Shown here: positions 41,156 to 50,245 of the stretch, one piece after another
How positions within the stretch are numbered: position 1 is the stretch's first letter
Layout of the letters: the number at the start of each line of letters is the position of its first letter
NCBI GenBank assembly: GCA_963667565.1
Contig: OY763415.1
Location: forward strand, 1,280,001 to 1,344,000
Source: Acholeplasmataceae bacterium
GTDB lineage: Bacteria; Bacillota_I; Bacilli_A; Acholeplasmatales; Acholeplasmataceae
Length of the DNA stretch: 64,000 nt
Reading direction: 5' to 3'
Notes under the pieces: model-generated
What the model saw: only the letters and a program-made list of their open reading frames with translations
What the model was told of the DNA's origin: nothing
Database searches by the model: none
Made by a program: the position numbers and the translations under genes

Positions 41156-41855
41156 GATTTATACCTACAAATTCTATAATATCTTTAAACACTTCTTGTT
41201 TTTCTTTATCCATCGTAATCACATGGCCAGATGCTTCATAATATTTATGCATGACAACTTTACTATTAACACCTTCAATAATCATTTTTGAACTTTTTAT
41301 ATATCGATCATGGTCTTTTAATCCCTGAATAACTAAAATAGGTGATGTGATTCGGTTTATATATTTTTTATCATCTTCATAAAAGCGATTGTTCTCTTGT
41401 TTCATATGATAAAAAATCTCAAAATAACGATCTTTATCTATATCACTAATCTCGTGATGTCTGTTGATTTCATCTCTCGTATGAACTTCCATTTGTTCTT
41501 TTGTAAATGCAATCAGTGGGGTAGACATAGAGACTAGTTTGTAAGGTTTTCTATCAATGCCTATACGAAGCGTCATCGCACCTCCCATTGATAAACCAAT
41601 CACAATAACTTTTTCATAAGATTCTTTTAAATAATCATATGCAGCAAGTGAGTGTTCATACCATAATGATATTTTAGTATTTAAAAAATCTTTAAATGTT
41701 TTTCCATGCCCTGGATGTAGCGGAATAGATACAGTATGACCTAATTGAGCAAGCATCATTCCAAGTTCTTGCATCTCAATCAAGTTACCCCCAAAGCCAT
41801 GAAGCATTAAAATGGCTGGTTTTTGTTTGTTTCCATTTAAAAATATTGATTTCAT
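41148..41855 (-). CDS. carboxylesterase (alpha/beta hydrolase)
   Basis: LHGFGG, PGHG, GLSMGG (GxSxG), QG.KD, SGH. Confidence 0.88.
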   Translation of the reverse strand: MKSIFLNGNKQKPAILMLHGFGGNLIEMQELGMMLAQLGHTVSIPLHPGHGKTFKDFLNTKISLWYEHSLAAYDYLKESYEKVIVIGLSMGGAMTLRIGIDRKPYKLVSMSTPLIAFTKEQMEVHTRDEINRHHEISDIDKDRYFEIFYHMKQENNRFYEDDKKYINRITSPILVIQGLKDHDRYIKSSKMIIEGVNSKVVMHKYYEASGHVITMDKEKQEVFKDIIEFVGINHE

Positions 41856-41923
41856 GATTTCCTCTTTATATAAATTATAATATAATATATTTTATCCCTT
41901 TATAAAGCGATTTTAATCTTAAT

Positions 41924-42014
41924 TTTAGTGAAACGTTTCGATGTAAAAGTAAAAAAATATAAAACGCTTACATGTTTTCAATTCCATTATACATGAATGA
42001 ATTTTAAATATCAA
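41924..42014 (-). promoter_or_regulatory. promoter of the esterase-GH13-GH35-GH144-sulfatase operon with LacI/cre-like operators
   Basis: TTGATA (42009-42014)-17-TATAAT (41986-41991); TGTAAGCGTTTTAT (minus strand, 41959-41972); TGAAACGTTTCG (41929-41940). Confidence 0.7.
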
Positions 42015-42046
42015 CGTTCTATACTTACTTTTATGATGATTTATTT

Positions 42047-42793
42047 TTAAATATCTATACTAATTGGATAATGGTCAGAAACCATCTCGCTTTTATCGCT
42101 TGTTTGATATATCCTAAGAGCTGATCTTTTTATCTTTTTATCTGTAAATATATAATCAATAGGTTGACCTTTAATGCCTAATTGAAAATTATGGAATGTA
42201 AGCAAATTAGGGTTTTGATCATCATAGCCATCTTGATAATATTCACGCATAAATTTGATGGTTTGTGTTTCAGGTGTCATATTAAAATCACCTAAAATAA
42301 TGGTCATAAAATCTTGATGGTTTTTAAGCACGTTAATATAGTTTAATAAATGCTTCGCTTGTTTTAATGTAATATCATCTGATGCATAATCCAAATGTGC
42401 GTTAAAAATACCAATAACACCTAAATTTTCTATATTTAAAATAGCATAGGTTGATATTCTCGTAAAATGACATCCATCAATTTTAGACTCAACCATTGGT
42501 GTGTCTGTAAGCCAAAACGTTCGACTGTCTATGACTTGTCCTAATTCTTTTTTAATAAAGATTGGAACAGACTCTCCACTCTCATCTCTTGGCATCACAA
42601 AAACATCATATGCATCTAGTCCTTTTTTTAAGTCATCAAGCATATGCCCTCTGACTTCTTGGAATGCAATCACATCAGGTGATTCTTTTTTTAAAAAAGC
42701 GAGGACTTTATCTTTTCTATGTGGCCATGCGTTTTCTAAGTCTGATGCAACATCTACACGTAAATTAAAACTCATGATCTTAATTAGTTTCAT
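42047..42793 (-). CDS. endonuclease/exonuclease/phosphatase (EEP) family protein
   Basis: MSFNLR, DVIAFQE, N.HLD, GDFN, IDYIF, SDHYP. Confidence 0.9.
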   Translation of the reverse strand: MKLIKIMSFNLRVDVASDLENAWPHRKDKVLAFLKKESPDVIAFQEVRGHMLDDLKKGLDAYDVFVMPRDESGESVPIFIKKELGQVIDSRTFWLTDTPMVESKIDGCHFTRISTYAILNIENLGVIGIFNAHLDYASDDITLKQAKHLLNYINVLKNHQDFMTIILGDFNMTPETQTIKFMREYYQDGYDDQNPNLLTFHNFQLGIKGQPIDYIFTDKKIKRSALRIYQTSDKSEMVSDHYPISIDI

Positions 42794-42803
42794 ATTAACC
42801 TCT

Positions 42804-43685
42804 TTATATGTAAGTTTTTATCGCTTTAACCAATAAATCTAATTGATCCATATGTAAACAATGCCCTGAATCTTTAAATTCAATAACCACAGGATTATTG
42901 AGCAGTCTTATATTTTCTAAAATCATATCACTTGTCACAATATTATCTTGATCAGATAATGTAAGATAAATAGGACAATTCAACTCCTTCATTCTTCCAT
43001 TACCGCTATTATATCTATTTTTTTCATTCGAAATATTGAAATTAACCCAACACCAATTGATATTCATTTGGCAACGCTCTTTAAGTGTTTCTTCAACGTA
43101 TAGTTTAAGTAGCGCTTCATCTTCCACTTTTTTTACAATGAGTAATAAGTTCTCCCAAATATTTTTAACAAACAAAGCATCCTGTCTTTTTAATGCGTTT
43201 GGAACGAATTGCATATTTGAGTCTTGTTTCATATGATCATAACTGTCAAAAACCACATGTTCTAACAGATTCCCATCTTTGTCTTTTCTCTTTGAATAAT
43301 ATCCTTTAACTGATAAACCTTCGATACTAAATAAAGATTCGACCAAATTTGGAGCAATAAGTGCAAGCTCCATTGCGACTCCAAAGCCAGTAGACCAACC
43401 CATGACATGTGCTTTATCAATATGTTTTGCTTTACAAAACAAAAATAGGTCATATGCTAAATCTCTTAGTTCAGTAAAATCATGATTAAATGATGAATCT
43501 CCAAAACCTCTCATATCAGGAGCAACGATTTTATAGTCGTCTTTAAGTGCATCAATAAGGGTAATCATTGTTAATGATGATGCCAAATTGCCATGGATAA
43601 GCAATATCGTTTTATCGCCTTTTCCTGTCTCTATATAAGCTAATCTTTCATCATTTATCAAATCAATATATTTCTTTTTAATCAC
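42804..43685 (-). CDS. alpha/beta hydrolase resembling Bacillus intracellular PHB depolymerase (PhaZ-type)
   Basis: LIHGNLASS, DMRGFG.S, GWSTG, KGY..K.D.DG, FNIS.E.N, SGH; likely GTG start after GGAGGG. Confidence 0.75.
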   Translation of the reverse strand: MIKKKYIDLINDERLAYIETGKGDKTILLIHGNLASSLTMITLIDALKDDYKIVAPDMRGFGDSSFNHDFTELRDLAYDLFLFCKAKHIDKAHVMGWSTGFGVAMELALIAPNLVESLFSIEGLSVKGYYSKRKDKDGNLLEHVVFDSYDHMKQDSNMQFVPNALKRQDALFVKNIWENLLLIVKKVEDEALLKLYVEETLKERCQMNINWCWVNFNISNEKNRYNSGNGRMKELNCPIYLTLSDQDNIVTSDMILENIRLLNNPVVIEFKDSGHCLHMDQLDLLVKAIKTYI

Positions 43686-43719
43686 GTTTGTTCCCTCCAT
43701 TTTTATACATCATCATACC

Positions 43720-43919
43720 TTATGCTTGATTTGGATTTAATAAAACCAAAATCATAATGGGTAATAAATCAAGCACAATCAATAGTTTTAACACAGTCTT
43801 TATTTCTCTTTCTTTTTTTATGCATTCTTTGACTTCCTTTTGCAAATAGAAACTAAACTCACGATATAGAACCATAAATTAATCGTTGTATACTTTAACC
43901 ATTTTTGGTATATATGCAT
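43720..43919 (-). pseudogene. possible remnant of a small membrane-protein gene
   Basis: GGGGTG RBS plus ATG at 43919 gives 33 codons (MHIYQKWLKYTTINLWFYIVSLVSI...); an overlapping second frame ends ...LKLLIVLDLLPIMILVLLNPNQA* at 43720. Confidence 0.3.
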
Positions 43920-44035
43920 GATTTCACCCCACTACCCTCTAAATATAGCTCTATTATACATCATAAAAGTTTGTTGTTTTATGAAAGTTAATCAAAATGA
44001 TATAATAAAATTAACGATTTAAATGAGGTGTTTAT

Positions 44036-44995
44036 ATGTCTTTTTTAAAGTTTAAAAATATTGAAAAATTTCAAGGTCACCTTCACAAAAAAAGATACTT
44101 TGAAGGCTGGTATTATAAAATCATATCAAAAGATTTTAAACAAAGCATCGCACTCATCCCTGGAGTCTCTCTAAATTCTGATGATCCACATGCATTTATT
44201 CAAATATTTTATTATACATATGCTAAGACTCCTACGTTACAAACACACTATGTTAAATATGATATAAAATCTTTTTCATTTAACAAAGATGCATTTAATA
44301 TCTCCATTGCAAACAACCGTTTTTCAATGGATCAAATTCACTTAGATATTAATGATGAAGATGTCACACTAATCGGTGATATTGACATAAATCATCATAC
44401 AAAACTTAAACAAACAATTTTACAACCAAATATTATGGGTGTTTTTTCATATGTACCTAAAATGGAATGTAACCATGGCATACTTTCAATGGATTCACTT
44501 TCTTCTGGTATTCTTAAATATCAGGAGCAAACCATTGATTTTACTGATGCAAAAGTCTATATCGAAAAAGATTGGGGAAAATCATTTCCAAGCCAATATA
44601 TTTGGATGCAATCCAACCATTTTAATAAACCAAATACATCCATCATGTTTTCATATGCGACCATACCGTTTTTAGGTTTAAAATTTAAAGGTCTTATTGC
44701 ACATGTAACTACTGATCAAAGACATTACACATTTGCAACTTATAATTTTAGTCGAATTCTTAATAAAATCATTAAGTCAAATGAAGTTACTTTTAAAATT
44801 AAGAAAAGAAATTACACTTTACACATACATGCAACTTCCATAGATGCGGTTAAGCTTAAATCCCCTCATCAAGGAAAGATGATTCAAGAAATCAAAGAGG
44901 GTTTATCTGGAAAAATAGAAGTTGAACTCACACATAAAAAGAAATTATTACTTAAGGATACCGGTTTATATGCTGGTATAGAAATTATGTTTTAA
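44036..44995 (+). CDS. tocopherol cyclase family protein
   Basis: YFEGWYYK, IALIPG, AFIQ, IMG.FSYVP.MEC.HG..SM, YIEKDWGKSFP..YIWMQ.N.F. Confidence 0.82.
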   Translation: MSFLKFKNIEKFQGHLHKKRYFEGWYYKIISKDFKQSIALIPGVSLNSDDPHAFIQIFYYTYAKTPTLQTHYVKYDIKSFSFNKDAFNISIANNRFSMDQIHLDINDEDVTLIGDIDINHHTKLKQTILQPNIMGVFSYVPKMECNHGILSMDSLSSGILKYQEQTIDFTDAKVYIEKDWGKSFPSQYIWMQSNHFNKPNTSIMFSYATIPFLGLKFKGLIAHVTTDQRHYTFATYNFSRILNKIIKSNEVTFKIKKRNYTLHIHATSIDAVKLKSPHQGKMIQEIKEGLSGKIEVELTHKKKLLLKDTGLYAGIEIMF

Positions 44996-45065
44996 AGTAA
45001 ATTTTTTTTAGTTCAAACATCGTTATGATATACTTATCATAAGAAAAGTTCAATTGAGGTGGAAG

Positions 45066-45527
45066 ATGAATCAAGAAAAGAATATATATAACCTACATAT
45101 ATTAACAGAACAGGATTTTATAACTGAGTGGTCAAAAACATATCGACAAGATGGTAAACCCGATTGGACACATATCTTTCCATTTTATGATGATGCGATT
45201 ATCTTTCAAGATTCAATCCAAAAAATCGAAGGTATTGAAGCATTTACAAAAATGACAAACCGTTTGACTAAAAGATGTAAAAGTTTAGAAATGGAAATAA
45301 AAAATATTATTAAAGATGATGATAAAATCATGATGGAATGGATCATGACCATGCGTTTTAGAATTTTTCCTAAGACATCCATGTATGGGGCATCTAGATT
45401 GTCATTAAATGGTGATGGTAAAATCACACATCAAAGAGATTACTATGATTTATGGGGTGATATTTATGATCGAGTTCCCGTATATAGACATATTTATCGC
45501 TGGTTTATGAAAACTTTCTTCGGTTAG
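45066..45527 (+). CDS. SnoaL/NTF2-like protein
   Basis: FY.D...FQD......G..AF; G.S.L....DGKI..QRDYYD. Confidence 0.8.
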   Translation: MNQEKNIYNLHILTEQDFITEWSKTYRQDGKPDWTHIFPFYDDAIIFQDSIQKIEGIEAFTKMTNRLTKRCKSLEMEIKNIIKDDDKIMMEWIMTMRFRIFPKTSMYGASRLSLNGDGKITHQRDYYDLWGDIYDRVPVYRHIYRWFMKTFFG

Positions 45528-45538
45528 GAGTATGATTT

Positions 45539-46462
45539 ATGAAATATCCAAAACAATTACAATTTATGAAAAATGGCAAACTTAAACAACATACATCCGA
45601 CCAAAGAATGGATGGTAAATGGACAGTTGTTTCTGGATCATCATCAGGTATTGGTTTATCAACTTTAGATAAATTCGCATCCATGGGTTCAAATCTTATC
45701 ATGGTTGTAAGGAATCTCGAGAAATCAAAACCTATTCAACAACAACTTATTGATACTTATGGTGTAAAAGTTGATATCATCTTAGCTGATTTTGCTGATT
45801 TTGATAGTGTTAGAACTGCAGCATCAAAAATCATCGACACATACCCAAAAATTGATTATCTCATTAATAGTGTAGGTATTCATCAAACAAAAAAAACAAT
45901 CAGCAAACACGGCATTGAAATGGTTTATACTGTCAATCACTTAAGTGTTTTATTATTTACGATGCTTCTCGTTCCAAAACTTAAGGGTAGTGCTCCTTCA
46001 AGAATCATTCAAGTGAACTCTGAGGGACATCGTTTTTATGCACCAAAATTAAATGATCTCAATTTCAAAAGACATTTGTATACTGGTCTAAGAAGTTATG
46101 GGGCGTCAAAAACAGCACAACTTTATTCAGTATATGAGCTTGCAAGAAGATTAGAAAAAGATGATGTCACAGTGGTTGCGATGCATCCAGGTGCTGTTAA
46201 AACGCACATTGGACAAAACAATGGTTTTTTATATCGCTTCTTCTTTAAACATGTAACTTCTCATTTCTTAAAAGATGTGAAGATTTCATCTGATGCTATT
46301 CATTATTTAGCTACAGACCCTAGTATTGTTTCTGAAACTGGTAAATTTTTCAATTTAACAATTTTAGAAGAACCTGCTTCTCATGCAACTAAAAAAGAAA
46401 TGCAAAAAGCTGTTTGGACATCAAGTCTTGAAGCAATCAATTTAAGTGAGGATATGTTATGA
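45539..46462 (+). CDS. short-chain dehydrogenase/reductase (retinol dehydrogenase-like)
   Basis: SGSSSGIG, LINSVG, VNH, V.SEGH, YGASK (YxxxK), MHPG.V.T. Confidence 0.9.
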   Translation: MKYPKQLQFMKNGKLKQHTSDQRMDGKWTVVSGSSSGIGLSTLDKFASMGSNLIMVVRNLEKSKPIQQQLIDTYGVKVDIILADFADFDSVRTAASKIIDTYPKIDYLINSVGIHQTKKTISKHGIEMVYTVNHLSVLLFTMLLVPKLKGSAPSRIIQVNSEGHRFYAPKLNDLNFKRHLYTGLRSYGASKTAQLYSVYELARRLEKDDVTVVAMHPGAVKTHIGQNNGFLYRFFFKHVTSHFLKDVKISSDAIHYLATDPSIVSETGKFFNLTILEEPASHATKKEMQKAVWTSSLEAINLSEDML

Positions 46463-48045
46463 CATATGATGTAATTATTGTTGGTGGTGGTATTGCAGGA
46501 CTTACTGCATCCGCATATTTATCAAAAGCTGGAAAAAAAGTACTTTTATGTGAAAAAGGCGAAAAGATTGGCGGTTTAGTCTCAACTTTTAACTATAAAG
46601 GTTTTACATTAGATGGAGGTATTAGAGCGATTGAAAACTCTGGTATCGTTAAGCCTATGTTAAAAGATTTAGGTATTGATGTCCCTTTTAAACGCAGTGT
46701 TGTTACTTTGGGTATCGAAGATGAAGTGATCAAAATCGAGGATTTATCATCTCTAGAAAAATACCAATCACTATTATCTAATAAGTTCCCTAATGAAAAA
46801 GATGACATCAAAAAAGTGGTTGATATGATGAAACAACTTATGAAATATATGGATATTTTATACGGTATTGATAACCCTTTATTTTTAGATATCAAACGAG
46901 ATAAAGCCTATTTCCAAAAAGAAATTCTTCCTTGGATGTTTAAATTCATGTTTACGGTTGGTAAAATCAAAAAATATCAAACGCCTGTTGAAACATATTT
47001 AGCAAATTTGACAAAAAACGAATCATTAAACAATGTGATTGCTCAACATTTTTTTAAGCAAACACCAACATTTTTCGCATTAAGTTACTTTAGTTTATAT
47101 CTAGATTATAACTACCCACTAGAGGGTACAGGTATGCTCATCGATAAAATCAATCAATTCATTTTAGATCATGGTGTTGAAATTTTATTAGATACAACAA
47201 TTGAATCTATTGATCTTAAAACAAAAACAATAAAAGATCAAAATAATGAGACTTATACATATGATCAACTTTTATGGGCAGCTGATACAAATAAGCTTTA
47301 TCAAATTGCAAACCTAGAATCAATCCCTAATAAAAAATTAAGACAAAAAGCTTTAGCATTTAAAGATGGTATTAAAAATCTTCGTGGTAGTGACTCTATT
47401 CAAACTACATATATGCTTGTTGATTTAGACCCTAGTTATTTTGAAAACATCTGTACTGCTCATTTTTTCTACACACCTAAGAAAACAGGTGATGGAAAGA
47501 TTAAAGAAACATTACCACTCGTCTTACAATCTAAAGATCAAAAAGTTTTATTTGACTGGATTAATGATTATCTTGACAACACAACATTTGAAATTTCAAT
47601 GCCCGCACTGAGAAATAGAGCACTTGCACCGGAAGGTCAAACAGGGCTCATCGTATCTACACTAATGGAATTTGATTTAGTAAAACATATTAGTGATTTA
47701 GGATTATACGATCAATACAAATCATTTATTGAACAAAAAATGGTCGATATTCTGGATGCCTCTATCTTCAAGGGATTTAAATCAAAAGTGTTTGATACAT
47801 TTGGATCTTCCCCACTTACAATTTTAAATAGAACCGGTAACAAAGATGGTGCCATTACAGGATGGGCATTTACCAATAACAATATCCCTGCAGTTACAAG
47901 TTTTCTTGGAGTTACAAAAGCTGTGAAAACATACATTCCAGATGTTGTGCAAGCCGGACAATGGTCTTATAGCCCCGCTGGACTCCCAGTGAGCATCATG
48001 ACAGGAAAAATTGCGAGTGATTATATCTTGAAAAAAACAAAATAA
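46459..48045 (+). CDS. phytoene desaturase (CrtI)-like FAD oxidoreductase
   Basis: VGGGIAGL.AS..L, E....IGG......GF.LDGG, LAPEG, SPLT, G...GW, GQW..PAGLP....TG. Confidence 0.82.
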   Translation: MTYDVIIVGGGIAGLTASAYLSKAGKKVLLCEKGEKIGGLVSTFNYKGFTLDGGIRAIENSGIVKPMLKDLGIDVPFKRSVVTLGIEDEVIKIEDLSSLEKYQSLLSNKFPNEKDDIKKVVDMMKQLMKYMDILYGIDNPLFLDIKRDKAYFQKEILPWMFKFMFTVGKIKKYQTPVETYLANLTKNESLNNVIAQHFFKQTPTFFALSYFSLYLDYNYPLEGTGMLIDKINQFILDHGVEILLDTTIESIDLKTKTIKDQNNETYTYDQLLWAADTNKLYQIANLESIPNKKLRQKALAFKDGIKNLRGSDSIQTTYMLVDLDPSYFENICTAHFFYTPKKTGDGKIKETLPLVLQSKDQKVLFDWINDYLDNTTFEISMPALRNRALAPEGQTGLIVSTLMEFDLVKHISDLGLYDQYKSFIEQKMVDILDASIFKGFKSKVFDTFGSSPLTILNRTGNKDGAITGWAFTNNNIPAVTSFLGVTKAVKTYIPDVVQAGQWSYSPAGLPVSIMTGKIASDYILKKTK

Positions 48046-48065
48046 ACCTTCATAAAAAAAGTTTG

Positions 48066-48106
48066 AAAAAAGAACGAATTTTACACAAAAAAAGTTCGTT
48101 TTTTTT
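48066..48106 (+). terminator. intrinsic terminator
   Basis: AACGAATTT...AAAGTTCGTT followed by a T-tract. Confidence 0.6.
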
Positions 48107-48291
48107 ATCGCTTTTTTTTATTTTTTTAACCCCAATATAACCGCGTAACCATGCGATTATTTCAGGTTTTTAAATTCTATGAAAACATTATCAAAAAATT
48201 ATTTTAAAAAAATTAAACAAAAGTATTGTAATATCAAAAAAATCATATATAATATTATCTCGTAAAATAAAATATTTAAAGGAGTACAACC

Positions 48292-49425
48292 TTGGAAAAA
48301 AAACCTCTAATTGAACTGATGAATCTCAGTAAAATTTATGATGATGAAGCTGTTGTCAAATCGATTAATCTTACCATTTATGAAAACGAGTTTGTGACCT
48401 TATTAGGTCCATCTGGTTGTGGTAAAACAACAACGCTTCGTATGATTGGTGGCTTCATTAATCCGGATGAAGGCATGATGATTATTGATGGTAAAGATTT
48501 TGGTGACATCCCACCATATGCTAGACCTATCAATACTGTATTTCAAAAATATGCATTATTCCCTCATTTGAATGTTATTGATAATGTTGCTTTTGGTCTA
48601 CACCATAGACCACTTTCATATTTAAAAATATTTTATAACAAGCAATTGACTGAAAAAAATCTTTTAGACTTATCATCCTCAAAACTTAAAAAAGAGATAG
48701 ATAAGCTTATTTATCAAGATGCAGATGCAATGCTTAAACTTGTCAAACTTGAAGGTTATAATACACGAAAAGTTGATCAACTCTCTGGTGGTCAACAACA
48801 AAGAGTTGCTTTAGCTCGTGCACTTATCAATAAACCTAAAATACTTCTTTTAGATGAACCACTTGCAGCACTTGATTTAAAATTAAGACAAAATATGCAA
48901 TATGAATTAAAAGAAATGCAACATAAGCTTGGTATAACATTCATTTTTGTTACACACGACCAAGAAGAAGCGATGACCATGTCAGACCGTATTGTTGTTA
49001 TGAGAAATGGTATCATTGAGCAACTTGGTACACCAAAATCAATTTATAATGAACCTAAAAATAGATATGTTGCTAACTTTATTGGAGAAACGAATATCTT
49101 TGAAGGTGAAATTACAAATGATCATGAAGTAACCTTCTTGAATTCCAAATTCAAATTTATTGGATATGATCAATTTGCTATCGGTGAAAAAGTTGATGTT
49201 GTCATTCGTCCTGAAGACTGGGATGTAGTCCCATCTGATAAAGCAAGCATTCACGGTGAAGTGACATTCTCTTTATTCAAAGGTGTCCATAATGAATTAG
49301 AAATCAAAGTTTTAGGTAAAACGATTACGGTCAATGACTATGAGTATTATGAAGTTGGTCAAACCATAGGATTAAAAGTTGATCCATATGAAATACATTT
49401 AATGAAGGCTGAAAACAATGGTTAA
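48292..49425 (+). CDS. potA: spermidine/putrescine ABC ATPase
   Basis: GPSGCGKTT, NTVFQKYALFPHL, LSGGQQQR, LLLDEP, THDQEEA; TTG start with GGAG RBS. Confidence 0.9.
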   Translation: MEKKPLIELMNLSKIYDDEAVVKSINLTIYENEFVTLLGPSGCGKTTTLRMIGGFINPDEGMMIIDGKDFGDIPPYARPINTVFQKYALFPHLNVIDNVAFGLHHRPLSYLKIFYNKQLTEKNLLDLSSSKLKKEIDKLIYQDADAMLKLVKLEGYNTRKVDQLSGGQQQRVALARALINKPKILLLDEPLAALDLKLRQNMQYELKEMQHKLGITFIFVTHDQEEAMTMSDRIVVMRNGIIEQLGTPKSIYNEPKNRYVANFIGETNIFEGEITNDHEVTFLNSKFKFIGYDQFAIGEKVDVVIRPEDWDVVPSDKASIHGEVTFSLFKGVHNELEIKVLGKTITVNDYEYYEVGQTIGLKVDPYEIHLMKAENNG

Positions 49426-50245
49426 GCAATACAGAAAATTGTCGATACCATACATCATATGGCTATCTGTGCTTGTCTTTATTCCAATGACAGCCCTCAT
49501 TTTATTAGGATTTTCGAACTTAACTTCTAGTATTCAATTATCCAATATCCAATTTTCTTTCTCTAACATTTCAATCTTTGGCGAAGAATCAACTAAAATT
49601 GCTTTTCAAAGTTCATTAAAGTATGCAGCATTAACAACACTTATTAGTTTTGTTTTAGGATATTTATTAGCATATGTCATCTATAAGTCTAAATTTAAAA
49701 ATAAATTTATGATTATGACTTTAATGATTTTACCTATGTGGTCTAATATCATCTTACGTATTGATGGTTTAGCAAGCATCATGAAAGAAAATAATATCTT
49801 AATAGATTTAATTGGATTCTCACCTGTTGGTAATTTAATTAATACACCAGTAGGGTTACTCATTGGTATGGTATTTACATACATTCCATTTATGATCTTA
49901 CCCATTTATACAGCTTTAGAAAAAATTGATCCTAATCTTGATGAAGCCTCATCAGATTTAGGGTTAACACCTTTTAAAACATTTGCATTTGTGACATTTC
50001 CTCTCTCATTTAAAGGCGTCGTCACTGGGACGATTATGGTATTTTTACCAACCTTTTCAGGATTTGCAATTCCTAAATTGCTAACACCTGGTTTACCTAA
50101 ACTATTAGGTAATATTATCGAAGAGAAATTTATATTCACAAATTATAATGTGGGAGCAATTCTTTCATCATCAGTGCTTCTACTCATCTTTGTTGCAATG
50201 TTCCTTCTACGTAAATTTGACAAGGAAGGAGAAACATTACTATGA
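49418..50245 (+). CDS. potB: spermidine/putrescine ABC permease
   Basis: ILPMW, PFMILPIY..LEKID..L.EA..DLG. Confidence 0.88.
   Translation: MVKQYRKLSIPYIIWLSVLVFIPMTALILLGFSNLTSSIQLSNIQFSFSNISIFGEESTKIAFQSSLKYAALTTLISFVLGYLLAYVIYKSKFKNKFMIMTLMILPMWSNIILRIDGLASIMKENNILIDLIGFSPVGNLINTPVGLLIGMVFTYIPFMILPIYTALEKIDPNLDEASSDLGLTPFKTFAFVTFPLSFKGVVTGTIMVFLPTFSGFAIPKLLTPGLPKLLGNIIEEKFIFTNYNVGAILSSSVLLLIFVAMFLLRKFDKEGETLL

Noticed and set aside
48107..48290. Possible riboswitch or ncRNA upstream of potA (weak hairpin near 48138-48160)
   Set aside because: No recognisable aptamer motif, and the hairpin lies upstream of the likely promoter (TTGTAA 48226 / TATAAT 48248).
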